A stretch of 64,000 nt of DNA, from the NCBI GenBank assembly GCA_963719225.1, contig CAVRAY010000001.1, positions 1,216,001 through 1,280,000 of the forward strand. Direction: 5' to 3'. A model generated the notes under the pieces. It was not told the origin of the DNA and made no database searches. It was given only the letters and a program-made list of their open reading frames with translations. Position 1 is the stretch's first letter. The number at the start of each line of letters is the position of its first letter. Origin of the DNA: Thermoanaerobaculia bacterium (GTDB taxonomy: Bacteria > Acidobacteriota > Thermoanaerobaculia > UBA5066). The position numbers and the translations under genes are program-made. Positions 58,133 through 64,000 of this stretch are shown here, piece by piece.

Positions 58133-59479
58133 GTGGACATCCTCACGACAGGGTGCGGCCTCCTCGCCGCCTGGGCGGCCTTGCCCGCGCTCGATGCTTT
58201 CCTGAGGTGGCGGCGCCTCACGGCGCCGGGGGGCGCCCGAGCCCCCGAGGGCGCTCGCGCGCCCGGGAAGATCCTCGCTGTGATCCCGTCGCGCGCCGAG
58301 GGCGCGCGGGTGGGGGATCTCGCGGAGGATTTGAGGAGAGAAGGGGAGAGAAGAGAAGAGAAGATTTCTTCGAAGGTGAATGAGTCAGGGGATGCCGGCG
58401 ACGCCGCGCCGAAGGCTTCTCGCTCGGCCGTGGAGGTCTTGGTGCTTCTGGACGGCCCTGACCCAGACGCCGAGGCGCGACTCGCGCGCGAGGGCGTCAA
58501 ACACCTTTCTAAGAAATCCCCGGGCCCTTCCAAAGGCCACGCCCTCGCTTTTCTGGCAGAAAGCCTACGGGAGCGTCTGAACTCATATGACTTCATCCTC
58601 GTCTTCGACGCCGACATGCGCGTCGCCGACGGTTTCTTTTCCGGCCTGCGCGTGCCCGAAGGGGCCGAGGCCTTTCAGTTGCCGGTTCGCCCTTCGGGCG
58701 CTCCGGGGCCGGGAGCCCCGCGCGTCGAGGCTCTCTCTCTCGCGGAGGCACGACTGGATGACCTCGCGCGGGACGCGGACGGCCTGCCCGTCCGTCTGCG
58801 CGGAAAGGCCATGGGGTTCACCCCGAGCGCTTTCCGCTTCGGCCCGGCGGCGGCCACGCGGACGACGGCCGAGGATTCGGAGGCCACGCTCGCCCTCCTC
58901 GCGAGGGGTGTGACGGTGCACGCGCTCGACGGGCCCTGGGCGTTCGACGAGCCGTCCTCCGACACGGGCGCGATGGGCCGCTCCCGAGCGCGATGGTTCG
59001 GGGGGCACCTGAAGCTCCTCGCAACGGGGTTCGCCGACCTCCTGCGGCTCGCGGCGAGAAGCCCGAAGGGCGCGTTCGTTCTCGCGTGCGATCTCTGGCT
59101 GAGGCCGAGGATCTTTCTGCTCGGGACCCTCGCGTTTCTTGCGATCGGATCGGATCTGCTCATGGTGGTTTTTTCTTCGAGTGGCGCGTGGTCCGCCGCG
59201 GCGCGGGCAGGCGGCGAAGCCGCGACCGGGGGTGCAGCCGCGTCGGCGCAACCCTTCGCGCTCCTCGCTTGCCTCTTCGCTCTTTCACTTCTAGGAAAAT
59301 CTGCGTTGCTTTTCGAGTGGCTCTCGCTTGCCGCGCTTCGCCGGCACATCGGCTATCCCCCCGAGGTGCCCGCGGTCACCCTCGCCGATCTTCTCTCCTC
59401 GCTCTCGATGTGGGCGCGCGCGGCGGGGCGTGGTCTTCTCGCGCCGTCTGCTTGGCACCGGGCACGGCCGTCCGCGTGA
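58133..59479 (+). CDS. GT2 family glycosyltransferase (membrane)
   Basis: VIPS, SKGHAL, VFDAD, TAEDSE, RARWFGG, C-terminal TMs. Confidence 0.8.
   Translation: MDILTTGCGLLAAWAALPALDAFLRWRRLTAPGGARAPEGARAPGKILAVIPSRAEGARVGDLAEDLRREGERREEKISSKVNESGDAGDAAPKASRSAVEVLVLLDGPDPDAEARLAREGVKHLSKKSPGPSKGHALAFLAESLRERLNSYDFILVFDADMRVADGFFSGLRVPEGAEAFQLPVRPSGAPGPGAPRVEALSLAEARLDDLARDADGLPVRLRGKAMGFTPSAFRFGPAAATRTTAEDSEATLALLARGVTVHALDGPWAFDEPSSDTGAMGRSRARWFGGHLKLLATGFADLLRLAARSPKGAFVLACDLWLRPRIFLLGTLAFLAIGSDLLMVVFSSSGAWSAAARAGGEAATGGAAASAQPFALLACLFALSLLGKSALLFEWLSLAALRRHIGYPPEVPAVTLADLLSSLSMWARAAGRGLLAPSAWHRARPSA
58355..58521. repeat. Convergent motif pair 8 (GAAGAGAAGATTTCTTCGAAGGTGAATGAG; CACCTTTCTAAGAAATCCCC)
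   Basis: Cores 141 bp apart; the 16-mer at 58503-58518 is identical to 47681-47696. Confidence 0.85.
59167..59303. repeat. Convergent motif pair 9 (GGTTTTTTCTTCGAGTGG; TTTCACTTCTAGGAAAATCTG)
   Basis: Cores 116 bp apart, in the TM region of the GT2. Confidence 0.55.
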
Positions 59480-60630
59480 AAGCCGTCCTTCTGGTGCCCC
59501 GCCTTCCCGGAACGGGCTTCACGGGAGACCGCTTGCGGGCGGAGCTCCATCTTCAGGCGCTCGCGTCGGCGGGTTACGAGACGGCCCTGGTCGGCGGGGT
59601 CGCGGGAGAAGAGGAGATTCTTCGAGTGAAGGACGCGGCGGCCGTCCATTCCGTGCGGCTCCGTCGCACCCTGCTTCCGGTTGGGCTCGCGTCGGCGGCG
59701 GTTTCCGGCGAGCCGCTCCAATCCGCCCTTTTCAAAGGCGCTTTCGGACCTTGCCTTCGTGACGCCGCCCGCAATGCGGATCTCTTGGTCTGCCTCCTCC
59801 TTCCTCGCCTGCTCGCTCATCTCCGCTCATTCCCGCCCCTCCCTCGCGTGGTGGACTTCGTCGACGCCCTCGCCGAAGCGGCGCGTCAGGCGGCGCGAAA
59901 CGACCCGTCGCCCTGGCGTCGGGCGTACTGGATGGTCGAAGCCTCCCGCCTCGCGGTCGCCGAAGCTCGGGCGGCGCGGGGCGCAGCGGCTCTCCTCGCG
60001 ACGACCCCCTTCGACGCCGCGCATCTCCCGGCCGGCACGCGAGCCGTGGCAAATGGCGTGGCGCTTCTGCCCCCCGGAACCTCGGAGCGCGGGCCCCTCG
60101 TGGCCTTCACCGGGCGCCTCATGTACCGTCCGAATCGCCTGGCGGCGCGACGACTGATCCGCGACATCTGGCCGCGCGTCAGACGCGCCGTGCCGGACGC
60201 CCGTCTTCTCGTGGCCGGCGCCGACGCGCCCGCCGAGCTCCGCGCCTCGAACGGGCGGGAGGGCGTCGAAGTCGTGAGCCCGGTCCCCGCCATGGCCGAG
60301 CTCCTGAGGAGGGCGCGCGTCGTCGCGCTTCCCGTGGACCTGGGAACGGGCACGCCGAACAAGCTCTTCGAGGCGTTCGAAGCGGGCGCGGCCGTCGTGG
60401 CCTCCGCCGGAATCATCGCGCGCGCCAGCTCCCCGGATGCGCGCGCTCCGGCGCGCGCCGCCGCCACGGACGAGGAGTTCGCGCGCGAGATTGCGGACTA
60501 TCTCGGAGATCCCGGCCGCGCCGCACGCGACGGCGAGGCCGGTCGCGCCTTCGTCGAGGCGCACGCGGACCGCCGCGCCTCGGTCGCGGCTCTCGCGGCG
60601 GCCTACCGCGCGGCCGTGGAGGCCGCGTGA
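59476..60630 (+). CDS. GT4 family glycosyltransferase
   Basis: TGDRLR, DFVDAL, NGV, FTGRLMYRPN, GTPNKLFEA. Carries an unpaired motif copy at 59608-59632. Confidence 0.85.
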   Translation: MKAVLLVPRLPGTGFTGDRLRAELHLQALASAGYETALVGGVAGEEEILRVKDAAAVHSVRLRRTLLPVGLASAAVSGEPLQSALFKGAFGPCLRDAARNADLLVCLLLPRLLAHLRSFPPLPRVVDFVDALAEAARQAARNDPSPWRRAYWMVEASRLAVAEARAARGAAALLATTPFDAAHLPAGTRAVANGVALLPPGTSERGPLVAFTGRLMYRPNRLAARRLIRDIWPRVRRAVPDARLLVAGADAPAELRASNGREGVEVVSPVPAMAELLRRARVVALPVDLGTGTPNKLFEAFEAGAAVVASAGIIARASSPDARAPARAAATDEEFAREIADYLGDPGRAARDGEAGRAFVEAHADRRASVAALAAAYRAAVEAA

Positions 60631-61946
60631 GGCCCCGCGGCGAAAGACCGGGCCGGGGCTGGCTTCTCGCGGCCGGCGACGTCTGCGTCGCCGTGGGCGT
60701 CTTCGCGCTGATCGTCGAGGTTCGCCGCCTTCTCCCGCTGCCGGGGACCCTCGGAAAGCTGCCGGCCTCCAACGTGTCGCTGGAGGTTCCGTGGCTCGCG
60801 CTCGTGGGATTCGTGGCGATGGTCGCGCTCTGGCTCGGCGGCACGTACGACGAACCGCTCGCGTCGGTGAAGGAACGGGGCGGCCTGCTCGTCTCGGCGC
60901 TCGTCGCGGGCGGCCTGCTCCTCGCGGCGTACTTTTTCGCGGGCCGGGCCGTGCCGAGGACGGTCCTTCTCATTTACGTGCCCCTCCTCTCCTTCGCGCT
61001 CGGGCTCTGGCGCTCGCTCGCCGAGGTCCTCGCCCCCATCGGCACGCGCGCCGTTCTCGTGCTCGGCTCGGGAGAGGACGCCCGGCGCGCGGCCGAGGCC
61101 CTGCGCGCCGGCCAGATCACGGGCCACTCCCTCGCGGGCTGGAGCGAGAGCGCTTCGCTCGACGAGCTGAAGGACGCCGAGGACGTGATCTTCGCGTCCG
61201 ACCGTCCCGAGGATCGATCCAGGCTCGTCTCGCTCCTCGAGCGCAGCCTCGAGCACGACTTCGACCTCTGGGTTCTCCCCGGGCTCGCCGACATCGTCTC
61301 GTCCCGCGCCGTCACGAGGAGCCTCGCGGATCTCCCGCTTACTCCGGTCGTGACGCGCGGCGCGAGCGTCCTCGCGTTCGCGTGGCGCCGCATTCTCGAC
61401 CTCCTCGTCGGCGCCGTGCTTCTCGTCGCGGCGGCTCCGGTCCTTCTCCTCGTCACTCTCGCCGTCACGCTCGGCAGCCCCGGCGCTCCCTGGATCCGCC
61501 AGCGCAGGGTCGGCCTCGGAGGACGCGAGTTCCTCCTGTGGAAGGTGCGGACGATGCAGGCGGATGCGGAGGCCAGGACGGGGCCCACGCTGTCCGGCCT
61601 CGACGACGAACGGGTGACGCGCCTCGGCGCTTTCCTTCGGCGGACACGGCTCGACGAGCTTCCGCAGCTCCTGCACGTGGTGGGAGGCTCGATGAGCCTC
61701 ATCGGGCCGCGGCCCGAGCGTCCGGAATTCGTGGCGACATACGAGAGGGAGATTCCGGCCTATCGCCTGCGTCACGCGCTCAAGCCCGGCCTCACGGGCC
61801 TGGCGCAGGTCATGGGCGCTTATGCGACGAAGCCGGACGTCAAGCTGCGCTATGACCTCGGCTATCTGTTCCACTGGACGCCCTTCCTCGACGTCTTCAT
61901 CCTGCTGCGCACGATCGTCACGGTGCTGAAGGGGAGCGGGATCTAG
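60627..61946 (+). CDS. Polyprenyl-phosphate glycosyl-1-phosphate transferase (WcaJ/WbaP-like sugar transferase)
   Basis: RRILD, KVRTM, DERVTRLG, LDELPQL, GSMSLIGPRPE, KPGLTGLAQV. Confidence 0.92.
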   Translation: MRPRGERPGRGWLLAAGDVCVAVGVFALIVEVRRLLPLPGTLGKLPASNVSLEVPWLALVGFVAMVALWLGGTYDEPLASVKERGGLLVSALVAGGLLLAAYFFAGRAVPRTVLLIYVPLLSFALGLWRSLAEVLAPIGTRAVLVLGSGEDARRAAEALRAGQITGHSLAGWSESASLDELKDAEDVIFASDRPEDRSRLVSLLERSLEHDFDLWVLPGLADIVSSRAVTRSLADLPLTPVVTRGASVLAFAWRRILDLLVGAVLLVAAAPVLLLVTLAVTLGSPGAPWIRQRRVGLGGREFLLWKVRTMQADAEARTGPTLSGLDDERVTRLGAFLRRTRLDELPQLLHVVGGSMSLIGPRPERPEFVATYEREIPAYRLRHALKPGLTGLAQVMGAYATKPDVKLRYDLGYLFHWTPFLDVFILLRTIVTVLKGSGI

Positions 61947-61975
61947 ACTGGCGCCGGCTCTTGTAAGATTTGCGA

Positions 61976-61991
61976 TGGCCCCGGCATTGCA
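61976..61991 (+). promoter_or_regulatory. Putative sigma54 -24/-12 promoter
   Basis: TGGCCCCGGCATTGCA fits GG-N10-GC and lies upstream of an operon encoding a sigma54 activator. Confidence 0.55.
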
Positions 61992-62036
61992 CCCCGGATC
62001 TCTACATGCGATCTCCGATTCCGCGAAAGGGCCGTC

Positions 62037-62717
62037 ATGGTGCGTGAGACCTTCGAGCAGCAGCGGCTGGGAGCGACTCTTCGCGCGTGCCGCGCGCTGC
62101 GGCACGAGTTCGCGACGCCCCTCTCGGCCGCGGCCCTCCATCTCGAGGTCGCGCGGCGCGCCGCAGCCCGCGCCGAAGAGGAAATCCCCGAGAAGCTGCG
62201 CGCCGGCCTCGAGACGGGCAAGGAGCAGCTCGACGAGGCGTCCCGTCTCCTGGAAGGCCTCACGGCCATCGGGAGCGCGCACGAAGGAGACCCCGGGCTC
62301 CTGGATTTCGCGGCGCTCGTGGCGCGCACGGGCCGGCTTCGCGTGCCCGAGCTGGAGCGGCAGGGGCTCACGCTGCAGAGCGCCGGACCTTCCGACGGTG
62401 CGCTCGTGGACGGATTCCTCGACGAGCTCGAGAGCGCGACCGGGGAGGCGCTCCTCACCGCGGCCCGCTGGTCCGCGCCGGGCAACGCCCGTCTCGAGAC
62501 GCGCCTCGCGGACGGGACCGTGTCGTTCTCGTTCCGGGTCCTGCTCGCGCGCGGCGCTCCCGGCGACATGCTTTTCAAGACGCGCAGCCGCCCGAACGCC
62601 GGGCTCGGCCCCTTCCTCGCGCGCTGGACCTTCGAGGCGCACGGGGGGCGGCTCGAGGGGGCCGAGGACGGAAAACACCTGACCGTGACAGGATCCCTGC
62701 CTCTGGTGAACGCATGA
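62037..62717 (+). CDS. Sensorless degenerate histidine kinase / phosphotransferase-like protein
   Basis: H-box RHEFATPL; G2-like AGLGPFLAR...HGG; N-box and G1 degenerate. Confidence 0.7.
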   Translation: MVRETFEQQRLGATLRACRALRHEFATPLSAAALHLEVARRAAARAEEEIPEKLRAGLETGKEQLDEASRLLEGLTAIGSAHEGDPGLLDFAALVARTGRLRVPELERQGLTLQSAGPSDGALVDGFLDELESATGEALLTAARWSAPGNARLETRLADGTVSFSFRVLLARGAPGDMLFKTRSRPNAGLGPFLARWTFEAHGGRLEGAEDGKHLTVTGSLPLVNA

Positions 62718-64000
62718 AAGTACTCGTCGTCGAAGACGACTCCGAGACCCGAAAAGGAGTTCAGCTGCTCCTCGAGGAGTTCGATCTCGACGTGAAAGCC
62801 GCGTCGACGCTCGCCGAGGGGCGCGCCGCGCTCGCTTCGTTCGATCCGGACGTCTGCCTCACGGATCTCCAGCTTCCCGACGGAGACGGCATCGACTTCA
62901 TCCGGGATGCGCGCGCCGCGGATCCGCGGCGTGAGATCGTGGTTCTGACGGGCCACGGATCGCTCGACACGGCGGTGGAAGCGATGAAGGCGGGCGCCTT
63001 CGACTACCTCGTCAAGCCGCTTCGTCCCGTGCAGCTCGAGGCCGTGCTCGAGCGTCTCCGCCCCGGCGGCTCTCCGCAGGACACGGACGCCGCCCTGTGG
63101 AAGACGCTCGACGAGACCGGACATTTCGGGGCGATGGTGGGGGTCTCGAACGCCATGCGGGAGACCTGCGCCGTCATCGCGCGCATCGCGCGCTCGGACG
63201 CGCCCGTCATGATCACGGGTGAGAGCGGCAGCGGCAAGGAGGCGGCGGCTCAGACGATCCACTCGCTGTCGCGCCGGCGCGAGAAGCCGCTCGTGGCGAT
63301 CAACTGCGGCGCGGTCGCTGCGAACCTCATCGAGAGCGAGCTCTTCGGTCACGAAAAAGGCGCGTTCACGGGAGCCGACAAGCGCCGCGCGGGATACTTC
63401 GAGCTCGCCCACGGCGGCACGTTGTTCCTCGACGAGATCACCGAGATGTCAGCCGACCTGCAGGTCAAGTTCCTCAGGGTGCTCGAGACGCGCTCGTTCC
63501 GGCGCGTCGGCGGGAACGAAGAGATCGGCAGCGACGTGCGCATCATCTCGAGCTCGAATCGCGATCTTCTCGAGGCCGTCGAGAAGAAGACCCTCCGCGA
63601 AGACCTCTATTACCGCCTCAACGTGTTCCCGCTGCACATCGTTCCCCTTCGCGAGCGCCGCGAGGACGTCGCCGTGCTCGCGAAGCACTTTCTCGACCTC
63701 GTGGCCGAAAACGAGGTGGCGGGTCGTCGTACTTTTTCGGCCGCCGCTCTCGAGAGGATGGCTGCCCATCCCTGGCCCGGCAACGTGCGCGAGCTCCGGA
63801 ACGTCGTTCACCGCGCGTACGTGCTGTCCGACGACGGAGTGGTGGACGAAGCGGTCGTGGCGGCCGTCCTCGCCGGCCGGTCGAGCGGCGTCTACTCGTC
63901 GGTGCGACCGCCTGCGCCGGCGCCGCAGCGGGCCGCCGCCGAGACTCCCGCGGCCACCGACGCGCCTGCCGTCCCCGCGGCGGCCGAGGCGTCCGCGTCG
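62714..64000 (+). CDS. Sigma54-dependent NtrC-family response regulator (3' truncated by window edge)
   Basis: [55 protein letters not shown]. Absent from the ORF track because there is no stop in the window. Confidence 0.95.
   Translation, partial: MKVLVVEDDSETRKGVQLLLEEFDLDVKAASTLAEGRAALASFDPDVCLTDLQLPDGDGIDFIRDARAADPRREIVVLTGHGSLDTAVEAMKAGAFDYLVKPLRPVQLEAVLERLRPGGSPQDTDAALWKTLDETGHFGAMVGVSNAMRETCAVIARIARSDAPVMITGESGSGKEAAAQTIHSLSRRREKPLVAINCGAVAANLIESELFGHEKGAFTGADKRRAGYFELAHGGTLFLDEITEMSADLQVKFLRVLETRSFRRVGGNEEIGSDVRIISSSNRDLLEAVEKKTLREDLYYRLNVFPLHIVPLRERREDVAVLAKHFLDLVAENEVAGRRTFSAAALERMAAHPWPGNVRELRNVVHRAYVLSDDGVVDEAVVAAVLAGRSSGVYSSVRPPAPAPQRAAAETPAATDAPAVPAAAEASAS

Noticed and set aside
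61948-61964. Second sigma54-like site TGGCGCCGGCTCTTGT
   Set aside because: Does not satisfy GG-N10-GC spacing.

Overview
High-GC bacterial chromosomal window. The gene set and style suggest Acidobacteriota, possibly Thermoanaerobaculia (inference). It is densely coding and mostly housekeeping: a YhaO/YhaN-like nuclease-ATPase pair, secDF, a glucosyl/mannosyl-glycerate solute cluster, a GltP-family symporter, dedA, rel, pilMNOPQ plus two lipoproteins and a TPR-Roadblock fusion, accBC-aroK, a HEAT-cyclophilin, an ABC exporter, gdhA, an ECF sigma cassette, a TonB-dependent receptor/FabG/FabH-like/acyl-CoA ligase/hydrolase operon with TetR, proS, vapBC, maeB, glycosyltransferases, a sensorless degenerate His-kinase and a sigma54 response regulator. 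I saw no rRNA, tRNA, CRISPR array or transposase. The most striking signal is not a gene. An AT-rich ~20-bp motif (purine-rich flank - GATTTCTT[A/C/T]GAAGG - purine-rich flank) recurs about 20 times, almost always inside coding sequences. It occurs as convergent pairs with cores 59-329 bp apart, usually one TTAG-type arm facing one TTCG/TTTG-type arm. It locally overrides codon bias and coincides with in-frame low-complexity insertions, and it is present even in proS.
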